Below are positions 16,213 through 32,700 of a DNA stretch of 64,000 bases, piece by piece (the stretch's first letter is position 1; every line of letters begins with the position of its first letter). Under the pieces are notes generated by a model. The model saw nothing but the letters and a program-made list of their open reading frames with translations, ran no database searches and was not told where the DNA came from. The stretch is from the human T2T-CHM13v2.0 reference genome, Homo sapiens: assembly GCF_009914755.1 (NCBI RefSeq), contig NC_060929.1, one strand, 5' to 3'. Position numbers and translations under genes: made by a program.

Positions 16213-17488
16213 TCCCCTCCTTCCACTGGAGCTGGTAGCCTCCGTAAGGACCATAAGATCTTACAGTCAGAGATCACTCTCAACCCCCTCCATCACACAG
16301 CTAGGGGGTTGGGGGCCCAGAATAGGCAGGGGCTGCTGAAGGCCACATGGTGAGGACATTATTAGGTCAGGGACCAGGGTTCAAACAGGGCTGCTCCCTG
16401 CCAACCCAGGGATGTCTCTCTGATGCTGGTCCCGGAGCCTCTGGCTGCTGTTTGTGCAGGGAAGGGGAGGTGCCTTCTGGGTATAAATAGCAGATGGAGA
16501 TGCTTCTCTCTGGCAGGAGAGTTAACCCTTGGGGCCCTGGGCACGGAGAGAGGCTTCCCTGCCTTGTGAGAAGGCATGGTGGCTGTCAGAGTTGGAAGAG
16601 TCCTTAGCGATCACCTAGGCCCTGCTCCTCAGTGCGGTCTATGAGTCAGCAGGCTTGGCATCAACTCAGAGAGTGTTAGAACTGCAAAATCCTGGCCCCA
16701 TCCCAGGCCCAGTGAATCCAAGTCTACCTTTTCACAAGGTGCCCAAGATGCTGGTTCAGACAGACCTTCCCTCAGAGGATGGGGGGAAGTGATTCAGAGA
16801 GGGCAGTGCTCCTGCCCAAGGTCCCACAGCAATTCCCTGACAGAATTAGCCCTCAAAGCCACACTTCCTGCCCTCATGACTCAGCACCCTCATAGGCAGG
16901 GATCAGCCCCCCAATTGCACAAGGGCTGAAGAAGGGGGGCCAGGCAGCGAGGTGTTGTTTCAGAGCCCATCCCCACGGGTTCTGCTGCCCTGGCTCTGTC
17001 CCAGCCTGCCATGGCCCAGCCTCTCCATGCAGCCTGTGCCCGGCCTGTGGGCCAGGGCCTGAGTTGGAGCTTGACCCTGTAGGCAGGCAGGTGCCAGGTC
17101 GACGGAGGAGGGCAGGGCCACGGTGCCAGGCTGAATCGGCATGGGTGTGGGTATGGGGAATGGGCCACAGCGGTCAAGGCCAAGCATGTCCCCCTGGCCT
17201 ATTTTCATCTCTCCCAGAGCTTTAGAAGTTTTCCTGAAACAGCTTTTCCGAAGGAGGCTGCCGGCAGTGTGGGATGGGAGGAAGGGCCTTTCTTCACCTT
17301 CCCCCGAAACAAGCTGGCTCTGAGGAATGTGGAAACCATTAAAGACGCCCCCTTTCCCATCTCTGCTGCCTCCATCCCCAGAGAAGAGAGCAGCTGCTCT
17401 CCACCCAACCCGCAAACACCCACGTGCCAGGGTGGGCAGGGGAGCAGGGCCTGGCTCCCCTGCGCCCCTCTCATCCCACAAGGCTCAC

Positions 17489-17548
17489 CGATGTTGGGGT
17501 GCTTCAGCAGGCGGCAGATGCGGGCTTCACGCTCCAGCTTCTGATGGT
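17489..17548 (-). CDS. CAMK2A: CAMK2A exon 3 (DHQKLEREARICRLLKHPNI), 60 nt
   Basis: Peptide in ORF 17205..17618; tttcag| acceptor and |gtgagc donor. Confidence 0.97.
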
Positions 17549-18193
17549 CTGAAACACAGAGGCTCAGGTGAGTCCCCGGTGAGGAAGGAACCATTACCCT
17601 CCATCTCCCCCTTCTCAAAGCCTCGTATTATCTCCACCTCCCAGGGCAGCCCCTGGGGGCTGGGAAAGCTCACCTTCTGGCCAGGGCCTCTGAGTTCTCC
17701 AGGAAGACCATGGGGTGCAGTGGAAAGAGGAAGAGGCCTGGGTTGCAGTGACTCAAGCACATCCCTCGCCCTCTCTGGCCTCCGTTTCCATGATTCTTAA
17801 ATGTGAGGCTTCTCCGAGACTCCTCCAGGCCTGTTCCTCAGGCCCTATACTCTAGCCAGACTAAATGGCCGACTTCACCTCTACAAGCAGATCCCGCTGG
17901 GCCCTCTCACTTCAGGAGAGAATTGCACATGCGGTTCTCTCAGCTTGAAACACTTACTCTACCTCCCACCTGCCGTTCACTGGCCATCACTCACTCCTAC
18001 CAATCCTTAGTCTCAGGCCCCTGGCGGCAGGCAGGGGCCCATCCTCTGTGCTTTCAGAGCCCCCGAACAGCATGACCCACTCAGTCTCATGGATATCTAG
18101 TTCCTTGAGGGCAGGGACTTCGTCTCTGTTGTACCCCTGACATCTACCCAAACACCTGGCACATACTAGGTGCTCAAGAAATAACTGAATGAA

Positions 18194-18500
18194 GCTGGGC
18201 ACAGTGGCTCACACCTATAATCCCAATACATTGAGAGGCCGAGGCAAGTGGATCACTTGAGCTCAGGAGTTCGAGACCAGCCTGGACAACATGGTGAAAC
18301 CCCATCTCTACTAAAAATACAAAAATTAGCCAGGTGTGGTGGCAGGTGCCTGTAATCTCAGCTGCTCAGGAGGCTGAGGCAGGAGAATTGCTTGAAGATG
18401 GAGGTTGGAGTGAGCTGAGATCACGCCACTGCACTCCAGCCTAGGCGACAGAGCGAGACTTCATCTCAAAAAAAAAAAAAAGAAAAGAAAAGAAAAAAGA
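18194..18500 (+). mobile_element. Alu element
   Basis: Consensus Alu with A/GAAAA tail. Confidence 0.93.
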
Positions 18501-20272
18501 AATAACCACATGAAAGAATAAATGATTGAATGAATGTGCCTTTCTAAGGGAGTGGCTATTCTTCCAGAGGGCTGTGTTGATTCCCAGAAGCCACCTCCCT
18601 TTCAGGAGACTCTGGGACCAGGGACACAGAGAGCCCCAAAGAATCTGCAGGGGCCCACCCAGAGCTCTCCCTCCTGCCTTCTGGACTGCTGTGCAAGTCT
18701 CCTGGGGCTCCCCACACACTCGGGAGAGAGGCCTTGTTCAGGATCTGCCACTGTGGCTTCTGATTCTCCAGCTGCTGGGAACAGTGGGACACATGATCCT
18801 ACTCCGTGCCCCCAAGCAATCCTGGGCTGGGACCACCACTCTCCCCATTTTATAGATAAGGAAACTGCAGCCTGAACAAGCTGAAGCCTCCGTGGTGGCA
18901 GAGCTGGAACTGAAAATGCATTTCCCATTTTCCTTTTTGGTGCTTTTTTCACAATTTGGTAGTTAACGCCTTAATTTAACAAACAAAACCATAAAAAGAA
19001 ATCTCTTTTTAAAAACTCTGTGCCAAGCACTGTGCAGAGGGCTTTATATGCCTTTCAAGCCCTCACTACAATCCTTTGAGGGGGTTACTATCATTTTTCT
19101 GGCTGTCCAGAAGAGGAGACAGAGCTTCAGAGAGGTTAAGTACCTGCCCAAAGTCAATCCCGCAGTGAGCAGTGGAGCTATGATTTTTACCCAGACAGTT
19201 AGACTCCAGAGCTGGGCTTTCAATCCTGGGCTATACTGTTCTCTGTGCCCCAGCTCATAACCACTACCTCCACTTGCCCCCAATTCCCAAATAGAAAAAT
19301 TAAGACCCACAGAAGGAAACTCATGCCAACACTCAGACACCGAGCCAACACTAGAACCCTGGCCCTGAATGGCCCTCTCAGAGTAGGCAGGTATGCGGGT
19401 GGGGGGGTGGTGAGAATGAAGAAAGTTCCAGCCCTTGTTCCCAGGAATCCAGCTCCCCTTTCCCCTGCCCCCTTCACTAGAGCAATCACTGGCTGTCCTC
19501 CAAGGGCTGCAGAAGCCAAAATCAATACTGAAAGGTGGCTTTTCCACCAGCAAAGCAATTAAGTCCAATTCAGTTTCCATGGCTCAACTCCCCAGCTGAA
19601 AACCAGCTGCAAGCTAGGGATAAGGAGGTGGGGCCAAGTTGGGGGGCATCCCTTGATTCCTCCTCCCTCCGTGGGCTCCTTTCATATCCTCCAGGGTAGG
19701 GGAGGCTGACTTCTGGGCAGAGGAAGGTATGCCCATCCAGAGCTGACCAGGCGGGGCCCTCCCCCTGCTCCACGTCCCATGCCCTACCCCACGTCCCATA
19801 CCCTACCCCCCATCCCACCTCCAGCAGAACCAGAACTCAGGCAGGTCAAGGTCAGGCCTGTCAGAGTGGGAAGGAGGCTTCTGGCTTAGGCTATACATTC
19901 AGGAAGCAGAAGCCCCAAATCCAGAATGTTGCTGTTTTCTCCCTGTGAGTTTACCCAGGAGCAGAGAATATTGACAGGATTGAAAGAAGAAAACGCTGGC
20001 CATGCAACTGTAAACTTGTATCTGGTTACCAGACCTTATTGCTGGAAATGCTAGGAACTAATTGTATAAATCTTACATCATCTTATGCATGGTACAATTA
20101 ACCTGCATTTTCACTGTTGAAAGCATTCATCCTACTGAGTGTAAACATATACATTATACAATATTTCTGGTAACTCTGTTTGCAGTGTTTTCATTTTCCA
20201 ATATACAGAGAACCTTAAGACATGTAGGGACCATGTTTCTTTTGACCTCCGAGGCCGTGTTCTGTTATATAG

Positions 20273-20697
<425 letters not shown>

Positions 20698-21301
20698 CCA
20701 CCAAGGAGCTCTTTTTAAAACATCAATTAAATCCTGTCCCTCCTTGGCTTCCAACTCTCCAACAGCTTCCCAATATACTTAGAGCACAATCCAAACTCCT
20801 CACTGGGTCCGGCCTCACCTTCCGGCCAGGAAGCTCCAGCCACACTGGCCTCCTCTCTGCCCTGACACACCAAGCTCCTTCCCACCTCAGGGCCTCTGTA
20901 CCTGCTGTGCCTTCTGCCTGGAAAGCTCTTCCCTGGGTCTTCTCATCAGGCAGGCCCCGGCACAATGTCACCTCCTTAGAGAGATTCCCTGGCTGCCTTT
21001 TCTAAGCATGTCCCTCCTGCCACATCACGTCCCCATACCCTGTCTTATTTTCTTGGTTAACACTTGTCACTACCTGAAGCTACCCAGCTGACATATGTGT
21101 TTAATGTTCTTTTCAGTCTCACTGCCCAGAAAATGGGCACAATGAGAGTAAGACCTTTTCTGTTGGTCACTGCCACGTTCCCAGGGCGTGGCATAGAGCT
21201 GCTAAGCAGCTTGTCCAAGATCCCATAGCAAACAAGTGGCAGGGCTGAGATTTCAATCCATGTACATAGCTACTATACTATATTGCTTCCCATTCTAATA
21301 A

Positions 21302-21611
<310 letters not shown>

Positions 21612-21971
21612 TAATTAATTGATGAATAGATCCATTGGCTCAGCAGAGTCCCATGATGGTGAGAGATCTGAGGGAAGCTAGAAGTCTTCAGCCTCCTGCC
21701 TGGGGACCTGGGGGAGCTTTCCCCAATGCCCATGATGATATCTTGGGAACCTTTTTGCTTCCTCCCCAGATGGTTGGGTCACCTCCAGGGTGTGGGGGCT
21801 AAGAGCATGGCAAGGCTCAGCAGAGCTCAGCAGGCAGAGGTGGATGGACATTCTGGGGTGAGGTCCCTGGGGCCAGACAGTCCCAGCAGGGTGGGACAGG
21901 ACAGGGCAGGCCTGGAAGACCTTCAATCACACAAATGGGCAGGACTCTACCTCCAGAAGGGAGTGGACTCC

Positions 21972-22200
<229 letters not shown>

Positions 22201-24342
22201 AGTGGACTCCAGCAGGCAGGCGGCCCGAAATTCCAGCAGGAGACACACAAGCCAGGAGAGAAAAGAGACCTGAAGTCTGGGAACAGGAAGTACCTGCTCC
22301 CTGCATAGGACAGCCTGATCCTGGGAGCAAGAGTGCCAGGCAAGGGGTAGGGAGGAGAACAGGAGAGATGGGAAGCACATGTCTTGCCGTCCCCTCAGAG
22401 GCTTCCTTGCAGGGAACTGAATGACACTCTAGTGCAGGCTGGATGAGCTTGTCATGCTCCCCACCTGGTGCCCCGAGACTTGTCACTGGGGAGCCGAGGA
22501 AGTGACCCCCTCATGCTCGAGCTGGAGAGTGGGGCCTGTGGAGGTCACAGTGCCCAGGCCAGTCACCTCTAGCTGCACCAGCCTCATGCATGTGCCCAAT
22601 GCGCCCTTAGAATTCTACCTCTGTGTGTGCGGTGGGGAGGACGAGCTAGGAGGCTATACAGCACCTGATGGGGGTTAACACTGAGCCTGTATTATTGTAT
22701 TAGGTTGGTGTTAATAGCTACTGTTACTGATGATAGGATTTTTTTAATGCAGGGGCTTGGGCCCCACCTACTGAATCCAACTTCATGGGTGGAACTCAGG
22801 CAGCTGCCTTTTTTAAAAAGCTCCCAAAGGTATTCGGCAGGGATTAGAACAGGCAAAATTTTCACTTTTCACTTCATTTCTTCATGGTTTCTTTGAATTG
22901 TTTATACTACGAACATTTTTTAAAAGACTAGATTAAAAATACATACACAAATATATCGTGGGTTTGGGAACCGCTTGCTAGAAGAGGCTGGGCAGGGTGG
23001 GCAAAAGAAAGCCACAGCTCCCGGGAGGGTGGGCACAGCCCCTGCTGGGTGCTGCCAGAAGTCACCCAGGAGCACCAGCAGGAGATGCTTAGAGTGTGTT
23101 GCCAAATATTCAGCATTAACCCCCCCTCCCCGCCCCCGAGGCACCATGAGCGGCAAACAAAGAATCCTGCTAAAAGAAGCTTTTGCTCCTCCTCTCCCGC
23201 TGGGAAGAAAAGCGGCTGGCAGTTGGCAGACTTTTCCAGAAGGTTCCCTGATAACCTCCCCACCCCCTCAACACTCACCTAGGCCGGGCCACCTTCCTTC
23301 CAAGAGGTCAAGGACTCAACAAGTTGCCAAAGAGAGGCGGTTTGGACAGTGACTGTCTGGCATAGCCCAGGGTCTGCACTGTCCCAGGAGTGCTTAGTCA
23401 CCTTCCAAAACAGGAGCCATGGCCCTTCCACCCTCCCATACACATCTGTCTCTTTTGGTCAACGTATAAATGTGTGTGTGAATGTGCCTCGAGAGTGTGG
23501 TGAACTAACCCGAGATCCCCAGCATCCAGGGACCACCTTGGTGCCTGACCCTCTCTCCCACTGGGGCAATCTTAACCCGTCACCCCCTGTCCCTGTTGTA
23601 TCTCAGGGATTGGGACATCTCCCTTGGTTACTCAACACCCAATGCACAGAGAGGGCACCAGACTGCTGCTAGTCACACAGCAATGGCAAGGCCAATCCAG
23701 GCATCTGGCCATGAGGCAACACCTCTGCTGGCATTCCTGCCCACCCTGTCTCTAGTTCCCAGCCTTCCACAAGCTTGGACTTTTCATACTGACTGTATAC
23801 CACGTGGGGCTCCTGGTCCTTCAGAGACCCTCACCCTAACCCCAGCCACCCCCTCTGCTGATCCTCTTTGACCTGCAAGACACTGGCGGGAGGTTGGTAA
23901 CTGGAAGAAAGTGCTGAGCTCCCAGCAACACTGAGCCAGAGAAGAAAGGCAGCAACACACAGTCCAACATGAGGCCTGCCGGGAGGCCTGCGGGGAGCAG
24001 CATGAGCCTCCTGTACCAGCCACTGTGAGGACTGCCACGAACCTGCACCTGCTGGGCCCTGGCCCCACACAGCTGCGCCTATCAAACACCTGGACACTCT
24101 GCCAGCCCCTCACACAACATCTCCCGCACTGCACAAACCATGGATTGTACAGCCCATACCTGCACCCACCTCACCCAACAGAATTCCCTCCACCACCAGG
24201 CGGTCCCAAGGAAAGCTTATACAGCATTTCATTCAGGGTGGGGACTGGCCTCTCTGAAGATAACCCTTTCCAACACACTGACCATGGTTACCACCATCAC
24301 TGTCTCAAACACAGAGTAATGGCAAGAAGCGCATCTCCTGGG

Positions 24343-24490
24343 CAGGCTTTCCAAATTTTAACGTCCACAATCACCCCGGTGTCTTGTTAAAATGCAGATT
24401 CAGATTCTTCAAGTCTGGAGTGGGGCTCTAGGCTTTGCCTTCCTAACAAGCTGCTAGGGATGCTGATGTCGCTGGCCCAGGACCACTTCT
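24343..24490 (+). mobile_element. MER5A-like hAT DNA transposon remnant
   Basis: aatcacc...cttgttaaaatgcagatt...tctggagtggggc...ctaacaagct...gatgctgatg...ggaccac. Confidence 0.7.
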
Positions 24491-24815
24491 AAGGTCTTAA
24501 GGCAGTGGTTCTCAAACTCATCTGCAAATTAGAGTTATCTGGGCATCTTTTCCAAAACCCAGGTCACACCCCAGACCAACTCTCTGGAGGACCCGAGAGT
24601 GGCGTGGCTGAAGCCAAGCACACTTGGAGTTCACTGGCCCCTCTCTGAGTGCCAGGTGCTGTCCTAGGTGCTGGGTGCAGAGTAGCCCATACTCTTGAAG
24701 TTTACAGCCCAGAAAGGGAGGTGGGTATTAAACAAGGGGCCTAATCAGTAAACAGGATGAGTCTAGGTCAGGGAAAGCCATAAAGGAAATGAATAGTAAT
24801 AAGAGAGAGAAAATA

Positions 24816-25168
<353 letters not shown>

Positions 25169-25526
25169 TCAGGAAAACCTCTCAAAGGATGTGACCTTCA
25201 GCTGAGACCTGAAGGCTGAGAAACAGCCATTCATGAAAGGAGCCAGGAGATGGCGTTCAGGCAGAGGGAATGGCAAGGGTAGAGGTCTGGAGGGGAGAAG
25301 TGATGGCAGGTGGCAAGAGAGTAGGGAAAGGAGGGCCCATCTGGTGTCTCAGCCCTCACCCGTGAGGCACAGAGCTTGGCCTGTCTGGGCGAGTCTGTGC
25401 TCTCCAGCCTTGAAAAAAAGGAAAAGAAGGAAAAAGGGAAGGTCTATTCTCATGACACCCCGGGAAGAGCAGCCCCCACCCCTGCCATAAGTATCACCCA
25501 GGGGCTCAGCCCTGGATCCTGGTCTA

Positions 25527-25745
<219 letters not shown>

Positions 25746-26019
25746 CTAGGAGATGTTGGAGTTCACATCACTGCCCCACGCTAGACAGAAGCCCTTCATC
25801 AGAGCTGCTCAAGCTCACAGGGGCTTCTGTGACCCAACTCAGGGACACAGCGAGGCCAGAGAGACCCAGAAGATGGATCCAGAAGCAGAAGATTAGAAGC
25901 TTGGCCTCAAGTGAGAGGAGCCTGCCAACGTCATCAAAGTCGGGCTCATCATGCTGTAAAACATTAGAATCACGTAGTGTTAGAACCGTGGAATCCAGGT
26001 CTCTGAACATTTTTAGATT

Positions 26020-26740
26020 TTATTCTTTGAGTAGGTAAACGTGGATATGGTTCAAAGTTCAAAAGATATAAGGGTATAGGTAGTAAAATGACCCCCTCCC
26101 GCCCCTGTACTGCAGCCCCTGAGGTCCCCTTCCCAGAGATTACCACTGTTACCATGTCCTTGAGTCTCTTTCCACAGATGGTGTCCCACACACGAATGGA
26201 CTGGACTTTGTATAGAGTTCTCCACCTTCCTTTTTTCAGTGAATAATATATTTTTAGAGATCATCCTTCCATATCATAACATAAGAGTTCCTTGTTACTT
26301 AGTATGTAATTGTATGGCTGTCCGATCCTTTATTCAGCCAGTCCCCTACTGATGGGCACTCAGATTAGTTTCAATCTATAGCCATTACAAACAATGCTAC
26401 AATGACTAGCCGTGTATGTGTGCATTAGAATTATATCTCCTATGTATGCATGTGTCTGTGTGGGATACATTTCCAGAACTTATGTTATCTGGTCAAGGGG
26501 TAGGTGTTGTTTGCTGATTTCAATGGATAATGAGAGATTGTCCATATTAAAGATTGTACCAACTCACTTTCCCACTAGAATGCAAGAGTGCCTGTTTCCT
26601 TTGCCCTTGTCAACACAGTGTATTATCAAACTTTTTTATATCTGCTAAAGAGACAGGTGGAAAATGGCAATTTGCTGTAATTTAATTTGTAATTGTCACA
26701 TTAAGAGTGAAGCTGAGCATCTTTTCATGTGTTAAGAGGC
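26020..26740 (-). mobile_element. Ancient L1M fragment
   Basis: AT-rich, with L1M-typical phrases (ccagtcccctactgatgggcac, gctgagcatcttttcatgtgtt). Confidence 0.65.
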
Positions 26741-27914
26741 TCTTGGGATTTTATCCTCAAACTATTAGTAATTATAAGAGAACTTGGGGCAAGGTCTGTG
26801 AGCTTTCCAGCTCACAGGGGAAAAACATTGTCACCATGTAGAATGTGGCCCATTTCCTACCTCATTTGATTTTTCAGGAAAAGCTACAAGTCTGGATATT
26901 GATGAGAAGTTTCCCAATTTTTAAATATTGGCACCTATTCCAAAAGAACTTGAGGATGGTATTAGGCCAAACAAAAGTTGTCTAAGGGCTAGATCTGGAG
27001 TCTAGATGCCATTTTGCACTCTTTGCCAAAAAGGCCATGTGCTCCAACCCCTTCATCTACAGAGGAGACTCCTAAAGGGCCCGATACTGACCGTAGTCAC
27101 CACTATGGCACCCTAACCCCATGCTAATGGCAAGAAGAGAGTCTCCTGGGCAGGCTTCCCAAATCTAAATGTCCATGGAAATCACCCAGGCACCTTGTTA
27201 AAATGCAGGTTATGATTCCTCAAGACTTTGAGCTCCAGTATAGTTCAGTGTAGATTGCCCAAGGTCACATGGTTCATAACAGGCAGAGCTGTGTCTAGAA
27301 CTCAGATGTTAGCATTCTTGGGTATGTGACTTCCACACCAAGTAAGTCTTCCACTTCCTGGCATGCTGGGCCATGCCCAGGTTTTTGACATGGCTGCACC
27401 CATCACATCCTTCAAACTTGGATGTCCCATCCCAAGCTTATGGGCAGCTCCGAGCCCACAAAAAGATGAGGCTGACAAGGCAGAGGAGGATGCTGGCAGG
27501 CACCGAAGAAGCCTGCAGGCTAGCACAGATGCCTGCTCTGCACACAGCCCTGAACATGGTATCACTGGCTTCATGTCTGGGCAGCAGGAAATGAGCGGCT
27601 GGGAAACTGTGCAGAAGGATGAGGAGGAAGGAGCCAGGATACGGACTAGAGACCAAGAAATATAACCTTGTAGGAAAGCTAGAGAGGGCCAGAATTCATG
27701 GGCACACAGAGGGCCTCACACAGCTGTGGCTCCTCCTTGGGGCGTGCAGCCTGTCCATATGCTACCAGGAAGAAAGCAGCAAGACCCCAGTCCCCTCCCT
27801 GAGACTCTCCCCTGCTATGCAGCCCCTCTTCCGTGCTTCCAGAGCACCCCTGCTTAGAAAAAATTCACTTTTCTTCCATCATTCCCATGCTTCTGGCCAC
27901 CAGCTATGAAGGGG

Positions 27915-28759
27915 TTTTTTTTTCACACCAACTGATGCTTTGGACACCAGTTGGGTATCCTATAATTCAGTTATGAAACTAACTACCTAGAGTTAGTGCA
28001 GACCCCACAGGTTAAGGGCTAAGTCCTACAAGACTTTCCCCTTGCTTCAGATACCAATCACAAATAGTGGGTCCTCAGGTTACCCACAATTCTGTCCACC
28101 CAGCTAGTGACTGGGGGATCCCACAACCCCCTCCTTTTATCATTTTCTATGATGGCTCACAAAACTAGGAAAACGCTTACTTACATTTACCAGTTGTGCA
28201 TGTGTGTGTGTTTACATTAAAGGTTATGATAAAGGGTACAGATGAACAGCTAGATGAGGAGGGGCACAGAGCAAGGTCTGGAAGGATCTTGAACACAGGA
28301 ACTTTAGTCCCCATGTAGTTGGGGTGTGTCACCTTCGGGGTATGTGGATGTTTTCACCAAACCAGAAAGGTCTCCCAGCTCCGTACTTAAGAGACCTTTA
28401 TGGAGGCCTCATCACTAGGCATGATTGATTATTAACTCAATCCCCAGCCCCCCTCCCCTCCCTGAGAATGGGGAGAGGGGCTGAAAGTTCCAAGCTTCTG
28501 GCCACGGTTTGGTCTTTCTGTGACCAGCTCCCATACAGGCACCCACCCAAAGCTGCCTCATTAGAACAAAAGATGTTCTCATCACCCAGGAAATTCCAAG
28601 GCAGTTGGGAGCTTTCAGTCAGGAACTGGGTTCTAAGACCAAATATTAGAACAAAAGATGCTGTTAGTACCCCCATCACTTAGAAAATTACAAGGGTTTG
28701 GGGAGCTCTGTGCCAAGAACCAGGGACAATGACCAACTATTTATTTCTAGATTTCCACA
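27915..28759 (-). mobile_element. MER21-like ERVL LTR
   Basis: Minus strand starts TGTGG...ttggtcattgtccctggttcttggcacagagctcc; contains gcagaccccacaggttaagggct, recalled as typical of MER21. Confidence 0.7.
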
Positions 28760-29433
28760 ACCCTACATCCCCATCTAACTTAGATTGGTGGCGGCTCCTC
28801 CACCTGCTTATTTCTCCCACCCTGACAGTGAGTTCCTGAGGGCCAGGACTTTCACTTTCTTCTCTCTGCCCCCAGTGCTTGAATACCCAGCGTCTAGTGC
28901 CAATAGAGCCTCCATGAGTGTTACTTGCAGGAGAAGGAGGTGGATTTCAGCAAGAGTGAGAGAAACTGAAGTGAGACAGGAGAAGAGATTTTCAGATGGG
29001 GTGTTAGGAATAGGAACAGTCATCTAAGGAAGGTGGGGGACAACTAGTCTCTCAAAGGTGCCCACCCTACCCAGGCATGGGGATGGACCCCAAAGACCTT
29101 TAGGTCCCCCTCTAGCTGGGGGCCATGATTCTCAAAAGCCCTATGAGAAAGAAGCTTAAAGTGGCCACATCTGGGCAAGGTTCTGAGAACTCCAGGAAGA
29201 GAAGGGCAGGAAGCAGGGAAGGTTGTGAGCTCCAGGGTGCAGGAGCTGGGTCTCGTCCTGCTCACCAGCACCTGACAAAGCTTGGTCCAGAGCTACAGCT
29301 CAATTAATATATGTGGGTGGATGGAGGGATAGAGGAAGGGATGGTTGGACGGGGGAGGGAGGGATGAGTATAATTTCTCCATTAGAGAGGCAAAACTTCA
29401 TTCTAGGTAAAGACCTTAGATCAGTGATTATCA

Positions 29434-29762
<329 letters not shown>

Positions 29763-32700
29763 GCAGATTCCAAGGTCCCACCCAGACCTCCTAAATCAGC
29801 ACCTCTGGGTGTAGGCCCAGGGAATTTGTAATTTCATTTTAACTCTGTCTGTGGGTGATTCTTTCCCAGGCAGCCCAGCACTGCCCAACGCCTTCCGGGG
29901 AAGTCCTGCTGTGTATCCTGTCTCCCTTGGAAATCAGCACTGATGGGGGCCAGCGAGGGGGGCTCTGCACAGGGAGGCCTGACAGGCCCCATGAGCCTGG
30001 GCTCTGGCTCAGTGAGCCAAGGCCGTAAGAGCTACGTCTATAAAACAAGAGAAGCCATACGTGCTGAAGTTCCTCTTCAGAACAGCACCAAGCTTTTGTG
30101 TAAATTAGAGGCTCCTCACTGAAGGTCCATGCCGTAGATGGGGTAGTGTGGGGACCCTGAACCCCTTGAAGGATACCCTGTACATCCCAATGTAAGCAAG
30201 TGCATTTTTTGGAGGCAGGTAAGGGTGCATGGCTTTTATCAGATGCTCAGAGAGAGGAGTTTCTCAAAACAAGTTTAGAGCTGCTGATCCAGAGGGTACC
30301 AGCCCCTCACAAGCGCAGAAGTCTTCTTCCCTTCAAATGTACATTCACCACTAAGCACCCTTTTGATCCTCACAGCAATCCTGTGAAGTTGGAATTCTGA
30401 TCTCCCATTTAATAGATCAGGAAACTGAGGCCTCAAGTGAGCAGGCATATTCTTAATTGAGGCTATGAAGAGAATCCAGGTCACTTGCACTTTTTCTTCT
30501 GACTCAACCAACAACAGAAGAATGTGGTCCTCAAAAGCAGAGGCTCTGGGGTCACAAAGACCTGTAGTCCAATCCTAGCTCACCCCCAACTGTGTGACGC
30601 TGAACTTGACACATCACCTTTCTGCGTCTTCCTGTTAGAGGGCAATAATAGCCTCTACCTCCTGGGTTTGTTGGGGAGATTAAGTGAGGTAACTAGTGCA
30701 AAACACTTGGCACAGTACCAAGCACATGAGACATAGTTGGGAAAGAAGGGGGTCTGAATGAGGCAAGGAAAGGGGCTGGGCTGCTACCTAGGCAGCCCCA
30801 GGCTCCATCCCTGCCTGCCATGGCAGTGGGGATCAGAGGAAAGTCATAGCCAAAATGAGAGTGAAGGCAGTGAGTCGGCAGCCCTAACTTCCTCCCTTTT
30901 TTATCTTCTGTTTAAAAAAAAAAAAAAAAGCATGTTTCTGTATTCTTGTCCTGCATGAACAAGTGGCAATAGCCCAGAAACCTTGGCAAACAGAAGAGCC
31001 AGCCCACTCCTCTTGTGGCCCTGAGCTGAGCAGGCAGCCAGCAGATGGGTGGGTGGGCCAGAGCTTGGGAACAGGACAGGGCAGGAGAGGCAACGAGGCC
31101 AAGTTGGGGAGGGCAAGGGTGGGAAGCGATGGCCAAGAGTCCCAAGAGGAAGGGATGAGGCCTGGGTGTGAGGGCTGTGGCGGATGGCCATGGGCAGTCC
31201 TGGAAGTGCCTGTGAAAGTGTTTCTGAATTCCTTGAGGGGTGTAGGGGAATGCCCCCGGGTGCAAAGGAGGAGGGGTGGGGGAAGTGTTCCTGGGTGCAA
31301 GGGGCGGGTGTCTGGCCATAGGCGTGTATTGGCAACCTGGTCTAGCCCCTAAGAGTGTGATGCTGTGAGGCTGTAGGTGTGACAAAGCACACGTATATCA
31401 CCCTAGGTATGAGGCGTGCATCCACGTGAGCCAGAGGGTCACAGAATGTAGGCAGGGAGGGGTGTGTGGGGGGAGAGACAGACAGGCAGACACCGGAGGA
31501 ACCAAGTCTCAGCCCTCAGCCCTGCTGGGAGGACTTGGGCAAGAACCAGCCCCAGTGAGGGCCGCAGTCTCTTCATCTACAATGTGGAGGCTGGGGTAAG
31601 GATGAGGCTCAGGAATGCAGTGGCTTTTCAGCTCTCGTGTTTCATACCAGTGCCATTCAACAGAACTTCCTGTGATGATGCATACACCCTGAGCTGTCCA
31701 CTGCGGCAGCCACTAGCCACAGATGCTACAGAGCACTTGAAATGGGACCAGTGGAACTGAGCACCAAATTTCTTATTTTATTTAATCTAAATAACTATAT
31801 GTGGCTAATGACTGCCACATTGGAGAGCGCGGTTCAACATAGAGAAGAGCAGGCACTCCTGAATCAGACCGAGCAGAGTTCACATTGTGGGTCAGCTACT
31901 TCTTCCTAGCAAGCTACTTCACCTCAGTAAGCCTGTTTCCTCCCCACTGCAAAATACGGATAATAATAGTACCAACCCTATGCAGTTGTTTCAAGGATTC
32001 AATGAGATAATAAGGTAGGCAATGAGTTTGGCAGAGTCCCTGGGGTATAGTAAATGCTCAAGGAACAATGCCTTGTGTAGGCATCATTATCCATGAAGAG
32101 AGGAGGACAGCTGGCATCATCAGAAACAAAATGGACATTGTTTGCCAAGCTTGGGGAAGAAGCAAGCCAAGGTGGACGTGTGTGGGAGCCACAGCGAGGT
32201 AAAGAAGGGGCTGCTCACCAGGGTTGAGTAGCCTGCCCCTGAGGGTGGACGAGCAGGAGTGTGGGCAGGCAGGGAGGCCCCCCTCCGGCACTTCGGCAGA
32301 CAGACGGAGAGGGCACAGTGACAGTGGGTCCGGCGCATGGCTGAGAATGTGGGAACGTGCTAATGGGCTGTGAAAAGCAAGATTCACGCTGGGAAATTGC
32401 TTTCTAGCTGCCTGGCAGACAAGGTGGCCTGGGTGTAGCTGGCTGCCAGCCCAAAGGGGCCCACTGCCCTCTCTGGCCTGAAACAGCAGGAAGAGTTGAC
32501 ATGGCAGCCAAGTGCAGCTCCAGCAGCACTAGATGGGGAGTCAGAAGTCCTGAGCCCTCACTCAGCTTGGCTACCAGCTTGCTTACTCTTCTGGGCCTCA
32601 GTTTCCTCATTTGAAAGATGCGACCAGCCCTGCTCCCTTCTGGGGCTATTTGTGAGGGGTCTCTGCTACTCAAGACTGGTTGCTGCCACTTTCTCTAAAG

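Noticed and set aside
15852-16353. His/Thr-rich ORFs of 80-161 aa
   Set aside because: Translation artefacts of the (CA)n low-complexity tract
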